DNA from: Balanoglossus misakiensis | Lineage: Eukaryota; Animalia; Hemichordata | Length of the DNA: 64,000 nt | Reading direction: 5' to 3' | NCBI GenBank assembly: GCA_040954595.2 | Contig: CM082581.2 | Coordinates: 11,282,286-11,346,285 of the forward strand | In this document: positions 49,770-62,710 of the stretch, in pieces | Layout: each line of letters starts with the position of its first letter | Numbering within the stretch: position 1 is the stretch's first letter | Made by a program: the position numbers and the translations under genes | Notes under the pieces: generated by a model | What the model was told of the DNA's origin: nothing | What the model saw: only the letters and a program-made list of their open reading frames with translations | Database searches by the model: none

Positions 49770-52700
49770 TCTGACAATGCTGGAATTTCCAAGGCGATTA
49801 GATTCATGCATTAGGCAATTGTTAAGTGTGTACATCATGATGTTAGACTATTTTCAGTGAAAAGCCTAGACATCATTTTACGTAACAAAAATGTCATATT
49901 GAATGTACTCTGACCAGAAAACATGTTCAACTGACAAAACTCATGAAATTTGGGTCGGTGGGTCGCACTTTGTTTACCAATCAAACACACCATCGACATG
50001 TAGTCGTAAGATGACAAGGGATTTTGAAAAGAATCAAAGAATCAGGTGTCACAACCTGGAACAAGAATTCGGATTGAGTACTTTAGACAGGCAACCAACG
50101 GGGTCGCATGTGAGGTCACCATATTCAAGTAGCACTTGTAAACCAACCAATCATACACCGGAATTCCCCCTTATAGATGTTCAGTTATCGCGTGTGAAAA
50201 AGAGACTATAGTTAACACTGAAAATGCGGTTATCAATCTCGTCAACATACATTACCATGTGTTGCTATCAAGGTACAATGCTTTCCACACAAGTCTACAG
50301 AATGATCAAACGCTGGTGTACTCTTTGAAGTATGTCACAGGCTTAAAGGGTTAAGTAATACTGAATTCTGCCAAACCAGCAAATAAACAAACTTAGGCAT
50401 ACAACGTATGTCGATGGTGGTGCGCTGCCAAATGTTGATGATTAAACTGTTGTCCAGGTATATGTGTTACTTATTGTGTTTGGTCTGGTCAAATTATATC
50501 ATCGCGAACAGAATTGGTCCATAACGTGTTCACTAGCATGACAAGAGAGTTCCTATTGTGATAATTTAGGACACAGGTTTGTCCTAATTCGGACGCTCAA
50601 TGGGTGTTGACTGTTGTTATTGTCGTGGTGGCCGCAATTCAACTTTCTTATCAGCCACACAACCTTCAGACAATTCTCAACGACCTTCAGCGCGTCTTCG
50701 CATTTGTGTGTGACCTTTGGGTAAATCGAAATATATGGGTCGTGTTGTTGAGTCTTGTCGGCGCTTCCAAACCAAACACCGGACACAAACAAGAAGCGTG
50801 TTTTCGGGGTAAACCAGCTATCGCCATGTTAGGACTTCAGCCTGAAAAGAATACTCAACACAACAAAACTGGATTTTGCCAAAACTAAACAATGTGCCAT
50901 TGTCTACACCGATCTCCAAAACAAAAACCTTCCGCGAGAGAAAAGAAAAGTACTCACTCCTTGGAAATCAGTCAGTAAGGTGAACACGTGTATCAGCAAT
51001 TCGACAGCGGCTCATGGGTCTGACGCTCGGCGACAAAAAAAGGTGCGTACAGTTGAATCTCCGAGGTCGTTGTGTGACACAAGGGGTTAAACGCGATAGG
51101 AACGAACTAACCAAGAGCTGATCCTTGCCCTTGTGTGGTTATGTGGGGCGTCATGACACGATCCCATTGGTTACGTCTCTTTGGAAAGCCCCAAACAATT
51201 CTACATAACAGGAATTTGCTGACTTCTACAAATTTATTGTGTAGTATGATACTACAGGCTCTTGTACCTGAGTTTTCAGTAAGTAGGTGAGATCAGTATA
51301 TACCTTCTATTAATTTTTAACAGTTTTGTGATATTGTCCATGGTTAAGTAAACACTTTATGACACGATGTGTCGTAATTCAACGTAATTATCTAATGCTT
51401 AATCAGTATAACCATCGAATGAGTGATTTCTAATTAATCATGATAAATTCAGTTCTACAGGTGTACCGCATTGAGGATCAAAACATATGTCGTTCCGTAA
51501 TTAATCATGAACAAGCTGCTTTTTAACAAGTGGTTTTTTATCGCTTTATTAGATAAATGGTATATGTTTTGGAGTAACCATAGCTATGAGTACAAAATAT
51601 TGTTCAAAATCTGTTAATTATTAACATATACATATTCCTCAGGGATGTACGATCAGCAACATTCATATATTTTCATTTATTTGAACTGCCGATGTTTTGA
51701 ATTTCCTTTGAAAAAGTTATCAAAATCAGTAGTAAAATAGTACATGTAGTAATCATGGGTTTTCTGACAATTCTTCATGTTATCCTACATGGGAAGATTT
51801 TTGATTGAATTATATTAGTCGCTGGCTTGTTCTATCAAAAAGTTTGGGGATAGGTTGCTAAAGATGTAACACTCTCATCCTCACACTCTCCGATTTCTCA
51901 CCACATCATCGTCTCAAGTCAAACAGTGCAGTATATGCATGTTAACTAGCCAACCCGAGATTTCATGAGATCTAGCGAGACTTCATCAGTACCTGTCACC
52001 CTACTTTCCGCTCTGGCAGTTTTTTATTTCATCAACATAATTGGAGCGAAAATAGTTGTTTAATCATGCATTCGTACCCTGAGAAACCTCAGTTGTTACA
52101 ATAAAGAATTCATTGTGCCACAAATGACGGGGTCATTTGGTACGCCCAAGACAACATATATAACTCACGCCATACACCAGCAGAGAAAGCACAGAAATCA
52201 ATCAACAGAGTAGATGAAGTGCGGTTTACAAACAGTCGGGAAAATTTGTCTGAGTTGCTGACAGAACTAACCATGTAATTCTCGCAGTAGGGCCAGGCAC
52301 ATGCACAATTGACGTGTCCTCTTTCGGCCGATGAACGTTCCAGACCCATGACCTGCGTAGGTGTGTGGCTAATTTAACTTCCAGTATTGTTTGATCTGTG
52401 CGCCTCACTGACAAATGCGTCATAATCATTCACTGTAATTTAGTTGTTGATACAAATACCAAAGTCTGGGCTTCATGTTATCATTAAAATTACATTGACT
52501 ATTCTTTCTAAATGTCCGACCGAACATACGTACATTTGACAAAAAAGAGAGAAACTAGACTTATAGTTTAACCGTAGAATTCTCCGCATTCCAGTCCCGC
52601 ATGCAGACAAACAAGACGGCCACCCGAAACTAACGTATTATTTCCGCTGATAACCAGTACTGTGTGTAAACAGTTTTTATCAAATACCGTGGGTGTTCCA

Positions 52701-55700
52701 AAAAGCTATACGACAATAACCGATAAGGACTGGCCCATTGCCATAATACATGTAGATTTACCACTCTCCATGAACTACACCTTATATCATCACAGTTCCG
52801 TCACGTGATGGTGATTTCCATTTTTTTCACAAAGGTAAATGTTTCTTATCATAGGCCAACCTGTATGATTAACTTTATGAAGATATAAAATGTGGCTCTC
52901 GCTCGAAAAGCTTAAGATTGACTATAACAGCGATTGGTGCGCTTGTATCTTCCATAATCGTGAAGTTTATGACAATATAGGTATCTGTAGGAGGATTCTA
53001 AATTCCATAATACCAACCTATGCGAAGAATGCACACTTACAAGCACATCCAAAATTACATGCACTTGTGACGACCCCTGGGGATCGACTAACCACCATCA
53101 AACAAACAATGTCGGGGAGAACTGTGATTTGTCAAGTGCCTTTAAAACAATGCACAATCGTACTTACAAAACAAAGACGTCTCCAGTAGGAAACTACATA
53201 CCTGGAATCACGCTGCCAAGCTGACGCGAAAGTTTGACACTTGTATGTGGGAACGGTGTAAATCAGATCCGAAGAACAAGGTACGCGCAGCGTAATAGGT
53301 CTGGGGTTATTTATGACGCGAAGGGTTAAATGTAGACACGGGGAATGATTTATTGGAGATTTGACCAGCAAGGTTTGTGCATTGACCTTACCTACCGAGG
53401 TGAAAATCTGTTCTCACCATTTGTATGGACCAGGGATTGAGACGCTAGATGAAGTATCATTCTACGATATATACAATGAAATCACGCTATTTCACGTTTC
53501 AATAATTTGTGGTCATATTGACGGTACACTGAAAAAAAACCGGGACTTGTCTGTTGTCCCTTTAATGCATCTTCCATTCTGGCTGCAGTGTGAAAACAAA
53601 GTACTCCAAAATACTGCATGTCTGAATACGCATCCTTTATCGCATTCCTCCAGACAAGACCAGTGCAATACTTGACACATTATCAGTTACATTTCAGACC
53701 AACCTCACTGTTTAATCTTTATCTGTGGCGTTTTTGATAAAGTTACAAATGACAACCACGTGAGCTGTTCTCTGAATGCAACACTTCTTGTTGAAGTTGT
53801 TGATAGACATTTACTCTCACAGTCCCTTAATTGTGCTGCTGGTGACGATGTCTAGAAAAACAAACGGAATGTAAACTGTTCCTAAGAGTGCGCTGTTTAG
53901 CTGAGAGAAATTTCGCTCAATATCGTTTATTCGCCAAGCACGCTATGAACTATCAAAACAGGTATACTGTTACATTCTTCGTTTTACATTAATGTTTTGA
54001 TGGTCTATGCAAGTGCAGAGTTTTGTGAATGGAGATTATTAAATATTGAACGCAAATGGTTCATCATCTGTACGTTCACAGTCATGATTATTGTTAGTGC
54101 TGATTTTTCGCGATTTTATGTTGTTGATGCTGTAGTATACGCCACAAGCAGCGACCCAATGAAGCCTGGGCTTTGAGAAGTGATCGATGAAACAGAAAAA
54201 AGTACAATCGCAAGTACAGGATCATCATCTGCGTAATGGTGCCAGTAATTATGACAGTGATATTTGCAGACATGGACGCACGTGTCACCAAATATTCCCG
54301 ATGCATCGTCTCGTATGCAGCTTTGACTTACATTACAACAGCGACATCCGTTCTATAAATCACAAGTTGCGGCGACTGCATTCTAAAATCCCACGGGAAC
54401 CTGCCATTAATGAATTATTTCAGCCCCTCAGTCAAAGCGATCGATGAATTGACCTGGCGTATCAGGTAAACAAAATGAAGATAAGGGAAGATAGTGATGT
54501 AGGCTCCCTAGCGATATGGCTTCGGCTTCCATCATCAGATTGATGTCACCAGAGCAAATAGATGATTTCTTTGCTGAATAGAAATGCCGTCAGTATTGAA
54601 TTCACATTTTTTTATAGAGTGATTATTGACTGAAAAGGAAAGGCAGGTAATATGGGACACGGCTCACATGGCTCAGCCAGTCTGAAAATTCCAACAGAGT
54701 CGCTCAGTAAAGGATCTGCCTTCGTCATTTCCTACCTCCAGGATCAGATTGTGTTATGAGGGGAAACTGCACCTGAGCCAATGTACTATTTCTGCAAACA
54801 AACATGACTGGACTAAACAGGATAGCAACTTCACAAACTGTATACTCTTCCTCACCATGTACCGTACAATTGCATTAGTTTTCCGAGTTGCTGTCTTGTC
54901 GCAACATCGCCCGCTAGCGACAGAATTTTCACGGCTGACCTCTTTGCGGTCAGCATGTGGTTTCGGCATGACTAATCCCGTTTTGTGGAGACCGTTTAAC
55001 TTTGGAGTGTGTGATATACCTTTTCAGATCGAGTCACAAATCATGAATCATGTAATGCGGGTCTTTGAGAAACAAAAATAAAACCATAAGAAACAGAGTT
55101 TAACGTCATAATAAACTTGTTTGGCAATAACGTCATCGAATTAATCGTATTTAAAAAGACTACCAGAGGTCATACCAACATATAACTGGGCACCAGTCGC
55201 AGGCCGGGGTTATATTGTATCTTTGAAAAATCATATTTGTTCTTGACATAGACGACTAATACATGTCTACGTGACTCTAAGGAACGTTACCCGCGCCTGT
55301 GGGGATGAAAGAGAATAAATTTAGGTTTTACTGCCCCGTCGATGCACTTTGTCTTGTCGTCAGTATTCAGGCGAAATTTCCCCGGCTGTGATAAACGACC
55401 ACGGCCAATCACATTGAAGTGTATAATGGATGATCGACTGTCGCCGAGTGCTGGGGAGGTCAAAGGTCGCCGTTGCCTGAAAGGGATGGACAAAATCACT
55501 AATTGTCGAGTTGAAAATATCGACTTTGGCCGAAAAGCAGTGCATGAGTGATCGTTGCGGTCGCGGTTACGAAATCTATCAATAAATCAATTAACGTCCT
55601 TAGTTTTAACATGCCACAAATTTGTGATTATTTTGTACATGCATTTCCACGGCAGACCATCAATCATTGAAGACATAACTTATCATCACCCTTACACATC

Positions 55701-57108
55701 TGAAAAAAGTGATTTGTAAAACATTCAAAATTGATCAAAGTCATCAATAGAAGTCCTTTGAAGTGTGAAAATCTTCGCTCATTGAAATGCAAAATGACAC
55801 TTTCAGTAGACATTGCAATAACATGACACCCGTGTATAGTGACTACAAGAAAACAACTTGTATTAATAACACTTTGACGGTTTTGACAAATGTTATCACC
55901 ACATGTGCAGTTGACAACGACAATAAATGCACTACCGCCCACAGGAGAAGAACTAATGTATCTGTCTTCAAAATCCATTAACAGAGTTGGAGAACAAGTT
56001 TAGATGAGGGCTGGGCCGTAATTATTTACTGGGGGCTGACTTGCCATCCAACATTCATCAGATGTCTAGATATTTGTTTAGACGTATTGATCGGCACGTT
56101 GTGATTATTATATCTGAGTGCATACAACCGTCCTACAATTACTGTTTGTTTTATTTCAGATGGTGTCTTTCAGCGTTGCAGCCAAACTTTGCGGTACGAC
56201 AGGGCAATGACCCCGCCGCAGGTGTGTGTCCAAGTCGTCGCTCAACGCATCAATAAAGAAGTGAAGACGCGCATACAGAACGAATTAAGCACATAAGTCT
56301 CTATCAAAGGACAGTCTTTCTCTCCCGAGTAATCGTTGTTCAAAATAAGTTTATTAAGATACACAATGGGCGTATTACTGAATGGGTTTCTCAAGTGATA
56401 ACACGTCCAGAGCAAAGAAGGACGCCATCCAACCATAATGAAAACTGGACAAAATTGCCAAGCATCTTAATGCAGTATTAATCGTTGGGCAGATGGCTTC
56501 CAGAACAATGGTCTGGGATAGCTCTGTAAATGCCGATATAATTTACATCATGATGATGTTGCATACAAGCTATGTATACTCTGTTTTCAATGCTAACCAG
56601 CCTTGTTGTTTGCTAACACCCCTCAAGCTATACCCTTCTCAAATTCTTCAACCTGACACGAAATTGTTCACCTAAACCTAAATATTGATCGAAGAGGATA
56701 ATATCAATGCTACAACGATATCACGGCGTCTCGGGTAAAGTTTTGTTGCTCATTCAAAGTATAATTTATTACTTCAATTGTTTTGGTTGTGACGGGAATT
56801 TGAGGAAATTACTGCAAGTGCTGTGGGATTATCATTGTATACTATGGTCATCAGTGTGGCCAATTATAAATCTACAAAAGTTATAATACTTTTCTTTCAT
56901 TTTTTTAAGTTATCGTGGTTTATGTCAGCTCAAAAAGTCGTTTGATCTGTAGATTGTTTTATCTGAGTATATTAAAATGTGTTTTGGCAGTTACATTGAA
57001 ACCGTTAGAATCCCAACATCCCATAATTCCCAAGTGACTTCCGGTATAATCAACAATCCCAAGTCTTCTTTCAATGACCTATATATGAAATAAGGTTTTC
57101 CAGCCCAT

Positions 57109-57287
57109 GGCTAGTTATTACATCGAGAGTAAACCTATCGAAATAAGCTGCGTTCGTGACTCCGGGCTATACGTGATCCCTCTGACCGTGACGGCAGAGT
57201 TACGCTTTATCAAAATCCAGTTTTAGTGTCAGGGGTCCCGTTGCATCTCACAGCTATTGCGGCAGGTGTGTGGCGACACACTTTTTT
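57109..57287 (+). ncRNA. Candidate RNA polymerase III-transcribed structured RNA of unknown family (~116 or ~179 nt)
   Basis: Upstream TCCCA-rich Staf/ZNF143-like motif (57011-57035). TATATA at 57080-57085, about 29 nt before GGCTAG. Several internal helices. Terminal hairpin GTGTGT-GGCG-ACACAC followed by T6 (57282-57287); an internal T4 lies at 57221-57224. Confidence 0.45.
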
Positions 57288-58946
57288 GAAATACGATTGT
57301 ATCATGAAAGAATATTAAAACGCCTCCAGCGTTACAAGAAAATTAACGTGAAGTATGTCCAACTCCAAGTTGGGTTCCCTAATATTTCACTTCATGTTGA
57401 GATTGCTCTGTCATCTACTTTTTACCGATTTCCATTCAACAAACCAATGGAGTTTTAATTGCGCCATGTTTATATGACATCTGACCAATAAATATCTCAC
57501 TGAAATTGAGATTCAGTTAGAAAATCCGCACTTCTGGCTACTAAGAAATTAATGACAACTCTTGCAGTGATCTAAAACCTGAAGTGCTTCTGGATTATCT
57601 TGTGATAAATCAGGTGACAAAGTGGTTGGAGGTACACAATACCATAAAATACTAATAAGATAAACAGGAATTGAAATTTAATTGAGATTAACAATAATCA
57701 GAAAGCACTATTTGATTTAATAAGTAGTGGTCACCATTACCATGGAGACGATTCCAAATGACTGTAGCATAACTAACCCGTCATGATCAGAAATTTAAAA
57801 TTAAACCAAGCTGTCACATAACTCTACAAATAAAACCATGTGCAAATATTAAATCAATATCCCCAAGATAAGCTGTTGAACAAACTTGCCAACCAGATTT
57901 TATTGTCAGCAAATAAACAAGTTAAGCCAACAAGAATCATTTTTCAAATCTGGTCGAAAATGTTAATAAATGCGGTTTTAATTTGTCCCGAATAGTTTAG
58001 CCATGCAGTTTGTTTTGATGGAAACGAACTGATTAAGAAATGTCATGAGATGATGACGCCAATGCCATATGTACAAGAAAAAAAATACATTAAAAGATTT
58101 AATATATATATATCTAAATATCACATATAATCTTCACATATATAACTATCCCATTAATTTGAAAATCAACATCTTTTGGCGCCATCTTTGCTAATGGTGA
58201 ACGGAAGTGCCAATCTAACCTGCGGAGAAAACGACTTTCCTTCCGATGATTATTGTCACTGTTCCTCGCTAAAAGACACCGTGGTATCATGTTACGCAAA
58301 TGGATTGGGCGTCAAACATCGTGTGGTCGACATGTGTGCATGGTCGACGTGACATGCATACGGAAATGAATGAATAAAATATGCAACCAATTTGTACAAG
58401 CCATCATGCGCCGATCTGATGTTTTCTTACTCAAGAAAACCTAATTCTCAGAGCCCACACCGTGATAGCAGAACCAATCCTCCATTTAATCTCTGATTTT
58501 ATCACCGAAGCGGTAAGGACGCCCCCTCATGCCGTTAGCCACATGAGACTACTTCTGAAATATGGATTGAAAGAAATGTTCCAAAAGCATCAACAGCACT
58601 GCCCATTCCTACGTTACTCAGTAAAAGTGTGTAACATTCCTTATAAGTTTTCATTTTTTTCCTCGGAAATTTGGTTTAAAAATTCTTTTAGTACGGTCGA
58701 CAAACATGCATATAACACTGAGGGCGTTGTTACATTGAAATCAAAGACTGTAAACACAAAAACAAATTCGTGTACTTAACAAGCCTTTCATCGAACAATA
58801 GGTCTAAAGTGTTACAGCGCACAATGTAACCATACCATGGTTAGCAATCAATAAAAGATGCACTTTTCAATATTTTATCACAATTACCTTTTATATAAAA
58901 ATTTAATGTTGACATCCTCCATGTTGTTGAGCGTTCCTGTTTGTGA

Positions 58947-58972
58947 GGGAGGGAGAGAGAGAGAGAGAGAGA
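58947..58972. repeat. (GA)n microsatellite
   Basis: gggagggagagagagagagagagaga. Confidence 0.9.
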
Positions 58973-61900
58973 CGTTGTACTCGCAAAAAGATTAATTTTG
59001 GCGTCAATGTAAAGCCAGCGGTGATACCTTTTATTTAGACGGTGAATGCGCTGTAATGAATAACTCTAGGCTAAATTCCAGAAGCATGTTGATTTGCGTA
59101 TCAATTCAATAATGTTATCCTTGGAAATTGCCATTTGTTTTCGACATGACCATAAAGCAGCAGTGGCACACATTACTTGAAATATCACTTGCGATATTTC
59201 CTTTCCGTCCACAGCACAAAACGTTTACTTCCCCGAGGAGTACGCAACTTTTACGCGCATACGTCACTCTCACAGTTATGCCCTCGTTCCAGGACATCAA
59301 CCGCGAATTGTAATTTCAGAGGATGTAACTCGGCCGAAAACAGTTCGGGTCGATGAAACAGTATATGAGTCATCACCGATGCGGTTCCGTGCTTCTCTTG
59401 TAAGCGTATAGCCGTATGTCTTTCCCTGACAGCAGAATAATTAACGGTGACCTCGTGCCCAAAAACCACATGTGCACTCTTTTCATTATGCTATGCAGTG
59501 AAAGTTGTCGCCTGTTTGTGTACTGAGCAGAATCACTGGAGCTCTATCACTGGAGACTGACCCAGACACTACTATTTAACGCTGTGCTGTTTTTCACCTT
59601 GGAAATCCCGTGGCATTGTCACCCTTTGGAAAATATCGCGTGAGACTTCCACATCCTCAGGCAGCAATGACCATCTCAAAGAATCGGACTACTCTACTGC
59701 ATCATTCTTGGTCGTTAAGGGTGATTTTGTCGCCGCGGTATATCTGCCTTCAAAAAACGACATGTTATTCTCTCAAAGTTAATCCGAATTTTCACACGAC
59801 GTAGAAACGCAAGGTGTGGACCTCCAACTGACGTGTTTCCTAAATATGAATGTTGAATGAAACGACTTGAGTTTCATTCTAAATTGGTCATCACAAGTGT
59901 TTTTCACTTCCAAGGTTAACAAGGCTTTCATGGAGCTAGAATCAATGACGCGCGGCAAACAATAACACGTCAATTCGAAATTCATTGATTATTAAGGAAC
60001 AGAATGCTGCTCCGAACATGTTATTATGAACATTTCATCACCTTTCTCTTGCAACTGTGTTCAGAGAGTGAACTAGTATAGCTTGGTGACACACAGAGGG
60101 GACAATTGGAAAATTTAAACATGTAGCAGTGATGGCTAATAGTTCATTTGTGAAATATTATAGTTTGATTCTTGGTATGCATAATGAGACGCACACATAC
60201 ATACGTGTTCCCATAATATGGGTGTTTGGAGTTTTCCGGTGGAATATTAATTGGTTTGTCCGCAAGAGTTGCGTTGCATACCTCTCTTATTCTTCCGTGG
60301 AAGTGACATCATTCTGTTGAAAGTGGAATGTTAGGTACTAGGTTCGCTGTTCCATTAACTGAAACAGTGATATCGATTTGTCAGCTCGGGGTTACACCGG
60401 AATGATTTATCGTTTAATACTTCTCATAACTCATGGGCAGAGAGAGACAGGCAGACAGATAGGCCGACAGACATACATAGACATTGGAAAGGGAAAGTTT
60501 AATAACCCCCAGTTATATCAGCGCTCCAATTGTACTAATGGGCTCACAATCAAGAAATGCATCACTAGTTTAACATAACAGCAAATGAAAGGAATACACC
60601 GAAATAGAATATCAAAGTTCAAGTGCATCGCTCTGTCATCGCAGTCTACTTGATTGAAATTCAATATGTTCTTCACAATTTATCACTTGAAATGTACCCT
60701 GTCCTTGGCATTAACCAAATGAGCTACCAGGTTGACCTACCATGAGTAGGATAGTCAGTTTAATTTCAATGTCTAAGGGTTAAAGATGCATGGGCACTGA
60801 TTGTGGCCATGGATAGGCGAACATGCAAAATGGGGTTTATACCTAGCTCAATCGATCATGTCGTAACTGAATATGATACGCTTTTCTCAAATGTACGGGA
60901 ATCTTTCTCATTTATGCTTCTATGGTGCCCGACATACAAAAGGTATAACGGATGACGTATGGATGATTCGACGAGCATGAATGCTTTGGCACAGGTTGCA
61001 CTGGCCTTCCTGTATTGCATCCAATACGATATACCCGTTATGGTATAGATATCAACCACCACACTCCCTTAACTGTTCGTGCGGCTAGGTTCACTCGCTT
61101 GATATTGGTGAAGTGCTAAATTTCAGCCGCAATCCAATGACGGTTGCATCCGCTGGAGCCTGACGCCCGGGAAGCACAACATTTAAAAAATAAATATTCG
61201 AAATGAAGAAGCCGACCTATAGCTACTTAGTGATTCTGTTCACGCTCTGGTGACGGCATTATACATAATATATGAAACTGGAAACGAGACTGGAGGTTTT
61301 CGCGAGAATGTAAGCTGACTCCAAATGCCTTGAGTAGACGCTAAATGCCTTCAATTTCCGGATCCTTTGAAAATTGCAACTGCCCACTCTCTCTTGTCCA
61401 ATTTCGTTACCCTTCTATATTCATTCCATTAGCCAGCATGCAATTGTTTACACTACAGCAATGTTCATTTTTTTGGAGAGGAAATGGTAGGCAGGGGCTT
61501 GGTATCGTGCTATGAAACAGGAAAATAAAATTTCCAAAGTTTCTGAGACAACCTCGCATCGGCGCCAGTCTTCGGAAAGTCGGCATTCCAAGTTCACGCT
61601 GCCTATACACTATCCGCCTTATGATCAGACGAGATATCAAATGTCGGCATCGATGTATTCATAATCATACACCTGTGGCTAGCGACTTTGAAAAGATTGT
61701 ATCTAATTTAATCGCAAGGATACAGGAAGAAACTAAATGGCAAATAGATTTTAATATGATAATACAATCACAGATGTGGCATTTCCTGTAACCAAGAGTA
61801 ACAGCAGATGAACATCTGCGACATGTTGGTGCATTTTCCGAAATTTCATTTGCGTTGCCTCGATAATAGATGGCTTGTCAATCAAAGCCTTCTCACTAAA

Positions 61901-62710
61901 TTAATCCCTCGGCTCCACTAAATCCAGTTTACCGGCAGACACAGATGGAAAACTTGGCACAAATTCTATATTCAATAAAACCATGTTATCACTTCTCGTC
62001 TTACCAGCAGAGTGCCGCCATCATATCAATGATCAGTAGCTTCTTACAAAACGCTGACTATTCTGTCATTTCTTAGGGAGCTCATTAAAATAAGGGAAGC
62101 TTGGACCGTCTGCGGCAAATGCCTAATGAGGATCGGGACGAAAACCAAATCGTCAGACGAGGAGATTGCGATCGACGATGCTTTATGGGCAGCGGGAAAA
62201 AACATGAAGTGAAATGAATAGACGGACAAAGTTTTGTCTGCTCGGACTGTCGAAACAAGATACCCACAAATGACTTGAATAAACATTCCCATTTGTTTTA
62301 AAAAGATAATGCACACTTTATGTGCAACTGCATCAACTTGTGACATATCCCCTGTACTTTCATTTTAGACGTTTCCTAACTAAGAAGCTTGATAGCATGG
62401 CGCATATGGAACATTTGACAAGCCACTAAATATCACTTAACGTTTAAGTAAACAGTGGATATGAAAAGCGTAGCAACAGGCCCTTAACCAGGGTAACTCA
62501 TTAAAAGTTAATTTTCCATTTTTATCAAGGGTTCCCGGGGGTTGGAAAGGAGACAATTAAAATGAAACAAGTTGGTCGCTGGCTGTTATTGAACGTATGA
62601 ACGTTTTGATGGCTCCCTTTCAACTTCCTTGATGTAATTCATTATTTAATCTTGAGACATCCTTGAGTTCTTATCAACGCTGCTCTAGATGTTTTGAGAA
62701 ATAAACTTAC

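Noticed and set aside
57109-57287. Telomerase RNA, hammerhead or HDV-like ribozyme, or an intact tRNA
   Set aside because: No CTAACCCT template, no CUGANGA/GAAA core, no HDV L3/P1.1/J4-2 pattern, and no complete cloverleaf.
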